Of a stretch of 64,000 nucleotides of DNA, positions 55,878 to 64,000 are shown piece after piece (within the stretch, counting starts at the first letter, position 1; every line of letters begins with the position of its first letter). Source of the DNA: Candidatus Eiseniibacteriota bacterium (GTDB lineage Bacteria; Eisenbacteria; RBG-16-71-46); contig CAVSAC010000014.1 in assembly GCA_963725865.1 (NCBI GenBank), forward strand, positions 1,120,001 to 1,184,000. The letters are read 5' to 3'. The notes under the pieces are model-generated. The model saw only the letters and a list, made by a program, of their open reading frames with translations. It made no database searches and was not told the origin of the DNA. The position numbers were made by a program, and so were the translations under genes.

Positions 55878-55910
55878 CCCAAAGGCCGAGGAGACTACTC
55901 GGCCTTTGGG
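55878..55910 (+). terminator. Intrinsic terminator-like hairpin
   Basis: CCCAAAGGCCGAG-GAGACTA-CTCGGCCTTTGGG 13-bp stem followed by CGTTCTT. Confidence 0.65.
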
Positions 55911-56083
55911 CGTTCTTGACGGGGGCATCGCAGACAGGGTAGAGACGCGCCGTGACTTGGCTCGGCGCGCCAATGCTCGGCACGACTGGCGATGGCCCGA
56001 GCTGCCGAAGTTGAAGCCATCTTCCCGGAGCCCGCTCATCGTGTCGCCTCCGATCGTCGATCCCCTCCGCCCGGAGTTCGCCC

Positions 56084-56923
56084 ATGCCCGATCTGATCCT
56101 GCTCGCCGTCGCCGATGGGGTGGCGACGCTGGTGCTCAACCGGCCCGAGAAGCTCAACGCGTTCGCCGACGACATGCGTGAGCGGCTGATCGAGACGCTC
56201 GACGCGGCCGCGGCGCGGCCCGACGTCGGCGCGCTGGTGATCACGGGCGCGGGGCGCGCGTTCTGCGCCGGCGGCGACGTCGGCCACATGACGGCGCTCA
56301 AGGCCGCGGAGGCGCCGTTCGAGGAGCTGGAGCCGCTGCTCGAGCGCGGGGGCGACGTGGTCACGCGGATCGCCGCGCTGCCGTTCCCTGTGATCGCGGC
56401 GGTGAACGGCACGGCGGCGGGCGCCGGGCTCAACCTGGCGCTCGCGTGCGACGTGCGCATCGCGTCCGAGCAGGCGACGTTCGGCGCCACGTTCGTGCGC
56501 ATCGGGCTGCATCCGGACTGGGGCGGCAGCTACTTCCTGCCGCGTCGCACCGGACTCGCGGAGGCGCTGCTGCTGTGCTGGACCGGCGACGTGATCGACG
56601 CGGCCGAGGCGCTGCGTGTCGGGCTGGTGGAGCGCATCGCCGGGCACGACCGCGTGCTCGACGAGGCGCAGGCGCTCGCTCGCCGGCTCGCGGCCGCCCC
56701 GCGCGCGAGCGTCCGCGCGGTCAAGCGCTCGCTGCGGGCGTCGGACCAGCGCACGCTCGCGGAATGCCTGGACGCCGAGCGCGACGCGCAGGCGGCGTGC
56801 TGGGCGTCGGCCGACGTCGCCGAGGGACTGCGCGCGTTTGTCGAGAAGCGCGCCCCGGTGTTCGGCGATGCCGCGCTCGACCTCGACGCGCCACCGTCGC
56901 GTGGCGCACGGCTGTTCGAGTAG
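56084..56923 (+). CDS. Enoyl-CoA hydratase/isomerase (PaaG-like)
   Basis: 'LNRPEKLNA', 'GRAFCAGGD', 'AAVNGTAAGAGLNLALACD', 'GLHPDWGGS' (Asp type). Confidence 0.9.
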   Translation: MPDLILLAVADGVATLVLNRPEKLNAFADDMRERLIETLDAAAARPDVGALVITGAGRAFCAGGDVGHMTALKAAEAPFEELEPLLERGGDVVTRIAALPFPVIAAVNGTAAGAGLNLALACDVRIASEQATFGATFVRIGLHPDWGGSYFLPRRTGLAEALLLCWTGDVIDAAEALRVGLVERIAGHDRVLDEAQALARRLAAAPRASVRAVKRSLRASDQRTLAECLDAERDAQAACWASADVAEGLRAFVEKRAPVFGDAALDLDAPPSRGARLFE

Positions 56924-56965
56924 CCGACCGCGCAACGCAGCCGTCGCGCAGTCTTCGGACACCGC

Positions 56966-57832
56966 CTACGGCTTGATCGCGCGCACCTTCACGGACGACA
57001 CCACCTCGAACGCGCGGCGCTCGGGACTGCCCTCGGGGAGCAGGTCCGAGCCGACGGCGTAGCCGCTCTCGGCCAGCACCTCGACCTGTGCGAAGCCGGC
57101 CTCGCGCATCAGCCGCAGGTAGTCCGCGCGCAGCGACGCGCCGCCCACGCAGCCGACGTAGAGCGCGACCGACTGCTGCAGCTCGGCGGTCAGCGGCTCG
57201 AGCAGCACCAGGTCGCTCACCATCAGCTGGCCGCCCGGCTTGAGCGCCCGCAGCGCCTCGCGGAACACCTGCGGCTTGTCGGGCGAGAGGTTCACCACGC
57301 AGTTGGAGATGATCACGTCCACCGTCGAGTCGGCGACCGGCAGGTGCTCGATCTCGCCCAGGCGGAACTCGACGTGCGGCAGCGCGGCCTTCGCGGCGTT
57401 GGCGCGCGCGCGCTCGATCATCGCCGGCGTCATGTCGACGCCGATCACGTGCCCGGTGGGGCCCACCTCGCGCGCGGCGAGGAAGCAGTCGATGCCGGCG
57501 CCGGAGCCCAGGTCGAGCACCGTCATCCCGGGCTTCAGCGCCGCGAACGCGAGCGGATTGCCACAGCCGAGTCCGAGGTTGGCGCCGGCGGGCAGCGTGG
57601 CGAGCTGCTCGGGCGAGTACCCGAGCTGGGCGGTCACCGCGTCGGCGTCGAGCGCGGTCGCGCAGCAGCCGGCGACGCCGCCCTGCCCCTGCGCCACCGC
57701 GCCGTACTTCTCGCGCACCACGGCGCGCGGGTCGGCGCCCTCGGCGATGCGCTCGCTGGTGTCGCCGCAGCCGCAGGTCGACAGCTGGATCACCGACAGG
57801 GCGGGCTGCTTCTCGGACGGGGTGGTGCTCAT
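56966..57832 (-). CDS. arsM: Arsenite S-adenosylmethionine methyltransferase
   Basis: 'GCC', 'NLGLGCGNP', 'VLDLGSGAGIDC', 'GVDMTPAM', 'DVIISNCVVNLSPDK', 'GCVGGA'. Confidence 0.88.
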   Translation of the reverse strand: MSTTPSEKQPALSVIQLSTCGCGDTSERIAEGADPRAVVREKYGAVAQGQGGVAGCCATALDADAVTAQLGYSPEQLATLPAGANLGLGCGNPLAFAALKPGMTVLDLGSGAGIDCFLAAREVGPTGHVIGVDMTPAMIERARANAAKAALPHVEFRLGEIEHLPVADSTVDVIISNCVVNLSPDKPQVFREALRALKPGGQLMVSDLVLLEPLTAELQQSVALYVGCVGGASLRADYLRLMREAGFAQVEVLAESGYAVGSDLLPEGSPERRAFEVVSSVKVRAIKP

Positions 57833-58144
57833 GGGCTCCTCGTGGAAGAGGGTTCGGCCGGGCCAGTGCCCTGGTGTGAGGTCGGCAGTGGCAACGGTAC
57901 GCGCCGCGTGCCGGGCTCACAAGCCGCGAGCCCCCGCGACGCCCACAAAGACGGCCGCGGACCGGGAATCTTACAGGGGCCTGACGGCGCGGGCGGATCG
58001 CACGCCTCCGCGCGCCCGGGCGGGGGAGTCGTTGACGCTCCGCGAGCCGCCTCCCTATACTCCCCGCGCTTCGGAACCCACCGCGAGTCCCGCGGCCCGC
58101 TCGGGCCGCCCCGTCCCGCGCCACCCCCCACAGGAGAACCCAGG

Positions 58145-58972
58145 ATGGAAGCCACCAAGACCCGGCTCGTGGACTACCGCGCACAGGGCGGTGTCGCCGT
58201 CATCGAGCTGACCAACGCGCCGATGAACTGCTACACGTTCGAGATGATGGCGCAGCTCGACGACGCGATCCTCAAGGCGCGCTTCGACGACGACGTGCAC
58301 GTCATCGTGATGCGCGGGGCGGGCGAGAAGATCTTCTGCGCCGGCGCCGACATCAACATGCTCAATTCGGTCACACCCGGCTTCAAGTACTACTTCTGCC
58401 TGCACGCCAACGAGACGCTCAACCGCCTCGAGCACACGCCCAAGCTGGTGATCGCCGCGCTGAACGGCCACACGGTCGGCGGCGGGCTCGAGATCGCGAT
58501 GGCGGCCGATCTGCGGCTGGCGTTCAAGAACACCGCGCTGCCGGCCGAGAAGCAGGCCAAGCTCGGCCTGCCCGAGGTGACGCTCGGCGTGCTGCCCGGC
58601 ACCGGCGGCACCCAGCGCCTGGCGCGGCTCGTCAACAAGTCGCAGGCGATCGAGATGATGGTGACCGGCGACCTCCTGACGCTCGACCGCGCGCAGCAGC
58701 TCGGCATCATCAATCAGGTGATCGAGGCCGGCTCGGTCGACGAATTCATGACCAAGGTGATGGACTTCGCGAAGTCGTTCTGTCCGCCGAACAAGGCGTC
58801 GAAGGCGGTCGGGCGCATCAAGCGCTCGGTGCAGAGCGGCTCCGAGATCCCGTTCGAGAGCGCGCTCGCGGTCGAGCGCGAGCTGCAGCAGCAGCTGTTC
58901 CAGAGCGAGGACGCGAAGGAAGGCATCAGCGCCTACGTCGGCAAGCGCAAGCCCGAGTTCAAGGGCAAGTAG
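58145..58972 (+). CDS. Enoyl-CoA hydratase/isomerase family protein
   Basis: 'FCAGADI', 'GHTVGGGLEIAMAAD', 'GLPEVTLGVLPGTGGTQRL', 'EDAKEG...KRKPEFKG'; AGGAG RBS. Confidence 0.93.
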   Translation: MEATKTRLVDYRAQGGVAVIELTNAPMNCYTFEMMAQLDDAILKARFDDDVHVIVMRGAGEKIFCAGADINMLNSVTPGFKYYFCLHANETLNRLEHTPKLVIAALNGHTVGGGLEIAMAADLRLAFKNTALPAEKQAKLGLPEVTLGVLPGTGGTQRLARLVNKSQAIEMMVTGDLLTLDRAQQLGIINQVIEAGSVDEFMTKVMDFAKSFCPPNKASKAVGRIKRSVQSGSEIPFESALAVERELQQQLFQSEDAKEGISAYVGKRKPEFKGK

Positions 58973-58991
58973 CCGGCCGCTGCACCCCCAC

Positions 58992-59024
58992 GAGCCCCGT
59001 CGCGCCCGAGCGCGGCGGGGTTTC
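58992..59024 (+). terminator. Terminator-like hairpin
   Basis: GCCCCGTCGCGC...GCGCGGCGGGG followed by TTTC after the stop codon. Confidence 0.5.
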
Positions 59025-59152
59025 GCGTCTTCTGCCGCCTTCCCGCAGGCGGCCGGGGGATGCGGGGCCGCGCCGCTCGGTCCCGACCCGGGGCGTACGT
59101 GCCCTCCCGAGCAGGACGTCTCGCGTGCGGTCAGCCGAACCTCAGCCGATCC

Positions 59153-60355
59153 TCACACCTTCACCAGCTCCACCCGCCGGTTGTTCTGGCGGCCCTCGAC
59201 GGTGTCGTTCGGGGCGACCGGCTTGGTCGCGCCGAGACCCTTGGTCGTGAGGCGGCCCGCGTCGACGCCGAACTTGTCGACCAGGCTCTGGCGAACCGCC
59301 GCCGCGCGCTTATCGGACAGCGTCTGATTCGCGGCCGCGACGCCGACGTTGTCGGTGTGGCCCTCGATCAGGAGCTTCAGCTCCGGATGCTCGCCGAGCA
59401 TCCCCGCGATCTCCTTGAGCGTGGGGGTGGACTCGGGACGGATGCGGTCCGAGCCGGTGTCGAAGTAGATCCCCTGCGTGGCCACGCGGCCATCCTCCGA
59501 CAGCGCGTCGTAGAGCTTCTTGCCGCCGGCGGCGATGCGGAAGTTGCCGAACAACGCCGGCTTGCCCTCGGCGGCGTCGACGAAGAACTGGATCTTGTTG
59601 GCGCGCTCGGCCGTGAAGTTGGGGATGTTCGCGAGGCGCTTGTCGTTGACGTAGAGCTTCACGTAGGCGCCGTCGGCCATCACACGCGCATGGACGACCT
59701 TGTCGGCGAGCGCCGGGTTGTGGGTGGAGCGCGCCTGGATCCCAGTGCCCTGCACGCCGGCGGTGCCGCCGTTGCCGAAGATCAGGTACTCGGAGCCGTG
59801 CTCCTCGCGGGCCGGATAGATCCACATCTCGCCGCCGGGGGCCGCGTAGTCGAACTCCATGGTGTAGCGCGCCGGCAGCACTTCGGGCAGCACCACGTTG
59901 AACTTCGACGTGGTGGTCAGCTGCAGCCAGCGGCTGCCCTGCCACTCGACGATCTCCATGGTGCCGCTCACGAACTCCAGCTTGCGCGGAAAGTCGCCGA
60001 CCTCGTCCTTCATGAAGTCGTCGGCATAGATCACGCGACTGCCGGGCCGGAAGTCGTAGTTGGCCCACGCGCCCTCGCCGGGCTTCATCTGGTCGCCCGC
60101 GGCGGTCGAGGCGGCGCCGCCCGCGGGGCTCGCCGTCGTCGCGCCGGCGGCGGCCGGCTCGCCCGGCTGCTGGTCGGGCGTCGCGGCGCCCTCGGTCTTG
60201 TCGACGGCCTTGTCGACCGCCTGGTCGGTCTTCTGTCCGGCCTTGTCCTTGAGCTTCTGCTTGGCGCGGTCCAGCAGGCCGAGCCCGCCGTGCGCCTGCG
60301 GCGCGGCGATCAGCGCGACCAGCCCGAGTGCGATGAGAACGCGTGCGAGTTTCAT
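59153..60355 (-). CDS. OmpA-family peptidoglycan-binding protein with N-terminal beta-sandwich domain
   Basis: Signal peptide; 'IYFDTGS', 'IEGHTDNVG...NQTLSDKRAAAV', 'GLGATKPVAPN...NRRVE'. Confidence 0.92.
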   Translation of the reverse strand: MKLARVLIALGLVALIAAPQAHGGLGLLDRAKQKLKDKAGQKTDQAVDKAVDKTEGAATPDQQPGEPAAAGATTASPAGGAASTAAGDQMKPGEGAWANYDFRPGSRVIYADDFMKDEVGDFPRKLEFVSGTMEIVEWQGSRWLQLTTTSKFNVVLPEVLPARYTMEFDYAAPGGEMWIYPAREEHGSEYLIFGNGGTAGVQGTGIQARSTHNPALADKVVHARVMADGAYVKLYVNDKRLANIPNFTAERANKIQFFVDAAEGKPALFGNFRIAAGGKKLYDALSEDGRVATQGIYFDTGSDRIRPESTPTLKEIAGMLGEHPELKLLIEGHTDNVGVAAANQTLSDKRAAAVRQSLVDKFGVDAGRLTTKGLGATKPVAPNDTVEGRQNNRRVELVKV

Positions 60356-60472
60356 GGGCTGCTCCTTGCGGATGCGGGAGGTTCCGGACTTACGGCGGGG
60401 GGCCGCGGATCGACGACGATGCGGAGTCGCGGGGCCGTGTCGGCGCGGGCGGACTCCGTCAGGGCCGTAAGG

Positions 60473-61144
60473 TTACGCCGCTCCCGCCGCGCGCGCCACG
60501 AATCGCTCGCGCCAGCGGGGCGACAGCGCCTCGCACGCCGCCGCGTCGCGGAGCAGGCCGGGGTCGGCGGAGGGCGTGGAGTGCAGCCGGAAGACCCGCT
60601 CCACCGTCCACTCCGGGCACGGACGCGCGACGCGCGTGAGCGTGTCGCCGCGCCCCAGCTCGCCGGGGCGCAGCACGCGCAGGAACCAGCCCGTGCGCGC
60701 GGTCTCGGTGGCCCGCTGCACCAGCGTCGGCATGTCCCACACCCGCGCGATCGCGGTGCACGGACCGCGCGGCTGCGCCACCTCGAGCCGCACCTCGCCG
60801 GTCTCGTACACGTCGCCGATGCAGACGGTGGTCTCGTCGAGTCCGTCGATCGTGAGGTTCTCCGCGAAGCCGCCGGGACCCAGGCGCTCGAGTCCGGATT
60901 CCAGGCGCCAGCGCGGATAGTGCGCCGCCGCGTACGCGAGCACCGCCATGTGTGGGCCACCGTGCACGTCGCGATTCGCGTGTTCGTCTCCCGCGAGTCC
61001 GAGCGTCTCGGCGCGCAGTCGCCCGGGAGCCTCGTCCTTGTGGTAAGCGGAGCGCCAGGTGCGCTGCGCGGCGTGGTCCCAGGCGGGACGCGGGTATTCG
61101 CGCACGCGGCCGGTGCGGAGCGAGACGACGAGGCCCTGGCTCAT
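60473..61144 (-). CDS. MOSC domain protein (YiiM-like, with 3-alpha tail)
   Basis: 'GLAGDE...HGGP', 'FAENLT', 'IGDVY', 'QPRGPC', 'RTGWFLRVL'. Confidence 0.9.
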   Translation of the reverse strand: MSQGLVVSLRTGRVREYPRPAWDHAAQRTWRSAYHKDEAPGRLRAETLGLAGDEHANRDVHGGPHMAVLAYAAAHYPRWRLESGLERLGPGGFAENLTIDGLDETTVCIGDVYETGEVRLEVAQPRGPCTAIARVWDMPTLVQRATETARTGWFLRVLRPGELGRGDTLTRVARPCPEWTVERVFRLHSTPSADPGLLRDAAACEALSPRWRERFVARAAGAA

Positions 61145-61334
61145 GGGGGATCTCCGGCGGGTCCGTGGTCGGCCGGCGCGCGGGTCGCGCGGGTCGCGGG
61201 ACCGATTCTCCGCGACTCGCGTGCGCCGCACAAGCCCGCTGGCGGCGGGTTCGACCGGTCTGGGGGATGGTGCTATAGGTTCCCGATCCGGCCCCCCGGC
61301 TGGCCGACCCTCGTCGCGCACGGGAGATCCCCGC

Positions 61335-62711
61335 ATGAACTACCCGATCTGGGACATGCCGTTGCTCGGCGGCGGCGTCCTCATCGGTCTCGTCGCGATC
61401 CTCCACGTCTTCGTCTCCCATTTCGCGGTCGGCGGCGGGCTGTTCCTGGTGCTCCACGAGGCGCGCGCGCGTCGCACCGGCGACGCCGCGCTGCTCGCGT
61501 ACGTACGCGGGCACTCGCGGTTCTTCGCGCTGGTCACGCTGGTGCTCGGGGCGGTCAGTGGGGTCGGCATCTGGTGGACCATCGGCGTGGTGCATCCGAC
61601 CGCCACCTCGACGCTGATCCACACGTTCGTATGGGGCTGGGCGATCGAGTGGACGTTCTTCTTCGTCGAGATCGCCGCCGCGTACGTGTACTACTACGGC
61701 TGGGACCGGCTCGACGCGCGCACCCATCAGGCGGTCGGCTGGATCTACTTCGGCTCCGCGTGGATGAGCCTGGTCGTCATCAACGGCATCCTCACGTTCA
61801 TGCTGACCCCCGGGCGCTGGCTCCAGACCCGCCAGTTCGTCGACGGCTTCTTCAACCCCACGTACCTGCCGTCGCTCGCGATCCGCTCGATGGTGTGCGT
61901 GGCGCTCGCCGGCATCTACGCCCTGCTCACCGCCTCGGCGGTCGAGGCGCGCGAGCTGCGGCTGCGCGTCACGCGTCACGCCGCGGGCTGGGTGCTCGTC
62001 GGGGTGGCGCCGCTGCCGCCGCTCGGGGCGTGGTACATCGCCAGCATCCCGCAGCTGGCGCGCGACATGTCGATGGGAGGCGCGCCCGCAGTGACCATCT
62101 TCGCGTCCGCGACGGTGATGCTCTCGGTGCTCGTCATGGGCATCACGTGGCTGGGCCCCTATCGCCGCCCGCAGTGGTCCAACGCGCTGGTGGCCGCGAT
62201 CGTCGCGATGCTCGGTCTCGGGGTGACCGGCGCCACCGAATGGGTGCGCGAGGCGGTGCGCAAGCCGTACGTGATCTACGGGTACATGTACTCGAACGCG
62301 ATCCGGGTCGACGACGTGGACCGCATCCGCGCGCGCGGCGCGCTGTCCGCCGCGCGCTGGACCACGCTCGATCACGTCACACCCGAGAACGCCCGGAGCG
62401 CAGGCGAGCAACTGTTCCGGCTCGAGTGCCGGTCGTGCCACACGGTCGACGGCTACAACGGTATCCGCGCGCTGGTGAAGGGCTGGCGCTACGAATTTCT
62501 CGACCAGCAGCTGATGCACCTCAACGAGCTCAAGGGCTACATGCCGCCGTTCGTCGGCACCCCCGACGAGCGGCGCGCGCTCGCGCGGTGGCTGTTCGAG
62601 CTGAGCCGCGAGCGGCCGTTCAGCGAGCCGTGGCTGGCGCGCGGCATGCTGCCATCGCACGCGGCGCGTGGTGGCACGCGCGACGCCGACGCGGCAGGGG
62701 CGGTCCGATGA
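61335..62711 (+). CDS. Cytochrome bd subunit I (CydA)-like membrane protein fused to a c-type cytochrome
   Basis: 'ILHVFVSHFAVGGG', 'GVGIWW', 'WAIEWTFF', 'EWVREAVRKPYVI' (GRQPW-equivalent), C-terminal CRSCH...MPPF. Confidence 0.82.
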   Translation: MNYPIWDMPLLGGGVLIGLVAILHVFVSHFAVGGGLFLVLHEARARRTGDAALLAYVRGHSRFFALVTLVLGAVSGVGIWWTIGVVHPTATSTLIHTFVWGWAIEWTFFFVEIAAAYVYYYGWDRLDARTHQAVGWIYFGSAWMSLVVINGILTFMLTPGRWLQTRQFVDGFFNPTYLPSLAIRSMVCVALAGIYALLTASAVEARELRLRVTRHAAGWVLVGVAPLPPLGAWYIASIPQLARDMSMGGAPAVTIFASATVMLSVLVMGITWLGPYRRPQWSNALVAAIVAMLGLGVTGATEWVREAVRKPYVIYGYMYSNAIRVDDVDRIRARGALSAARWTTLDHVTPENARSAGEQLFRLECRSCHTVDGYNGIRALVKGWRYEFLDQQLMHLNELKGYMPPFVGTPDERRALARWLFELSRERPFSEPWLARGMLPSHAARGGTRDADAAGAVR

Positions 62712-63817
62712 ACGTCGTGCTGCCCGAAGGCGATCCCGCCGGCCTGCCGGCGCCGGTCGCGCTGCTGCGCTTCCTGCTCCTGTTCACGTTCCTGCTGCAC
62801 CTGCTGCCCATGAACCTGACGCTGGGGGGCGGACTGGTCGCGGGCTGGGCGGCGCTGCGCGGGAAGGCGTTCGAGCGCGCGGGCCGCACGCTCGAGGCCA
62901 GCCACATGCGCGCGGTGGCGGGCGGGCTGGTGGCGCTGCTGCCGGTCTCCACCGCGTTCGCGATCACGTTCGGGGTCGCGCCGCTGCTGTTCCTGCAGGT
63001 GCTGTACGGACAGCTGTTCTACTCCTCGTCGGTGCTGATGGCGTGGGTGTGGCTGGCGGTGATTCCGCTGCTGCTGGTCGGCTACTACGCCTACCACGCG
63101 CTCGCGGCACGTCACGGCGCGCTCGATCGCGAATCGGTGGGGCTCGCCTTTGGCGCGGCGGGGGCGTTCCTGCTGATCGCGGTGGTGTTCGTGCTCAACA
63201 CGACTCTCATGCTGCGTCCCGACCGCTTCCACGGGCTCTACGCCGCGAGCGGGCGGGGCCTGCACCTCAATGTCGACGAGCCCATGCTGTGGCCGCGGCT
63301 GCTCCACATGCTCGTGGCCGCCTGCGCGTTCACCGGACTGGCGGTGGCCTACCTCGGCGCGACGCGGCGGCGGGCGGACCCGGCGCTGGGCGTGGCGGTG
63401 CGCAGCTTCGGCGTGCGATTGTTCATCGGCGCCACGCTGGCGCAGCTCGTGATCGGCCCTTGGTTCCTCTGGAGCCTGCCGGAGCCGGTGCGCGCGGTGT
63501 TCCTCGGCGGCTGGCCCGGGCACACGTCGCTGCTGGCGGCGTCGATCGTGATGGCGGTGTTCGCGATGGTGGTGATGCCGCGCTCGCTGGTGTGGGGCTC
63601 GGTGCTGCTCATGCTGACGCTGTGCGGCATGGTGGTGGTGCGCCACCGCGTCCGCGCGCTGATGCTGGATCCGGTGTTCGCGCCCGGCGACCTGGCGGTG
63701 CGCCCGCAGTGGGGAGTGTTCGCGATCTTCGCCCTGTGCCTGGTGGCGGGGATCGCGGTGGTGGCGTGGATGGTAATGCGGCTCGCGGCGGCGAGCCCGC
63801 GGGAGGAAGGCCGATGA
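62708..63817 (+). CDS. Polytopic partner subunit (CydA'-like) of the bd-type oxidoreductase
   Basis: ATGA overlap; 'LLHLLPMNLTLGGG', 'AITFGVAPLLFLQVLYG', 'PRLLHML'; about 10 TMs. Confidence 0.7.
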   Translation: MNVVLPEGDPAGLPAPVALLRFLLLFTFLLHLLPMNLTLGGGLVAGWAALRGKAFERAGRTLEASHMRAVAGGLVALLPVSTAFAITFGVAPLLFLQVLYGQLFYSSSVLMAWVWLAVIPLLLVGYYAYHALAARHGALDRESVGLAFGAAGAFLLIAVVFVLNTTLMLRPDRFHGLYAASGRGLHLNVDEPMLWPRLLHMLVAACAFTGLAVAYLGATRRRADPALGVAVRSFGVRLFIGATLAQLVIGPWFLWSLPEPVRAVFLGGWPGHTSLLAASIVMAVFAMVVMPRSLVWGSVLLMLTLCGMVVVRHRVRALMLDPVFAPGDLAVRPQWGVFAIFALCLVAGIAVVAWMVMRLAAASPREEGR

Positions 63818-64000
63818 GTCTCGGGGAATGGGCGCGCCGCCACGCACCGGCGCCGGCGCGCGGCAACGCGGTGCAGGATCTGCTGGCCGGCCGGGACGAC
63901 GCGACGATCGCGCGCGAGCGCGGCCTGCCGCTCGCGACGGTGGCGGGGATCCGTACGTTCTACGACCAGCTCGAGGACGTGCCGCGCGTCTGCGACGGCA
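63814..64000 (+). CDS. NuoE/HoxF/FdsG-like NAD(P)H-oxidoreductase subunit (3'-truncated by window edge)
   Basis: GGAGG RBS, ATGA overlap; translated by hand as '...IARERGLPLATVAGIRTFYDQLEDVPRVCDG', matching NuoE 'V.GVATFY....VC.G'. Confidence 0.65.
   Translation, partial: MSLGEWARRHAPAPARGNAVQDLLAGRDDATIARERGLPLATVAGIRTFYDQLEDVPRVCDG

Noticed and set aside
55847..55880. GTTCGA-containing stretch on the minus strand resembling a tRNA T-loop / att site at the edge of the low-GC block
   Set aside because: No T-stem or acceptor-stem pairing, and no matching repeat at the other boundary.
631..63866. Many long overlapping ORFs in the six-frame track (e.g. 631-2898+, 2528-5290+, 13878-16853+, 29425-31962-, 34572-37508+, and the upstream part of 59060-63817+)
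   Set aside because: Arg/Ala/Pro/Gly-rich antisense or off-frame shadows of real genes, expected at this GC content; no family motifs.
1..64000. CRISPR array, rRNA, tRNA, transposase or integrase
   Set aside because: No regularly spaced repeats, cloverleaf or recombinase/transposase motifs seen by eye; small ncRNAs cannot be excluded without a covariance search.

Overview
A gene-dense window from a very GC-rich diderm bacterium (TonB-dependent receptor, OmpA, Tat/Sec exports). Four secreted proteins with C-terminal FlgD-Ig-like domains and one with an 'SFGALKVRYR' tail suggest a Candidatus Eisenbacteria-like/FCB-related lineage; this is inference only. About 47 real CDSs are present, and most long ORFs in the six-frame track are GC-shadow ORFs. 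Content: GT-C glycosyltransferases, an ECF sigma / frameshifted anti-sigma / PDZ cluster, a phosphohexomutase, an IorAB-like molybdoenzyme, a tricorn protease, a HEAT + HD-GYP pair, a DtxR-family regulator divergent from a heme oxygenase, SPFH + RHH, a NarL-type two-component system with a TonB receptor operon, a dispersed acyl-CoA catabolic set (AtuA, 3-hydroxyacyl-CoA DH, ALDH, two crotonases, BioY), ArsM, OmpA, MOSC, and a cytochrome bd-like CydA/CydA' pair running into a NuoE-like gene at the right edge. I found no rRNA, tRNA, CRISPR array, transposase or integrase. The most unusual observations are: (1) an apparently natural circularly permuted type-1 copper protein; (2) a 45-aa sORF, missed by the ORF track, that copies the signal peptide of the downstream gene; (3) an FG-GAP-sensor kinase paired with an NtrC-like regulator lacking its AAA+ core, beside a lower-GC pair of secreted genes; (4) histone-H1-like basic tails on three unrelated enzymes; (5) the bd-like oxidoreductase/NuoE-like operon. 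All family assignments come from motif recognition by eye, with no database searches.
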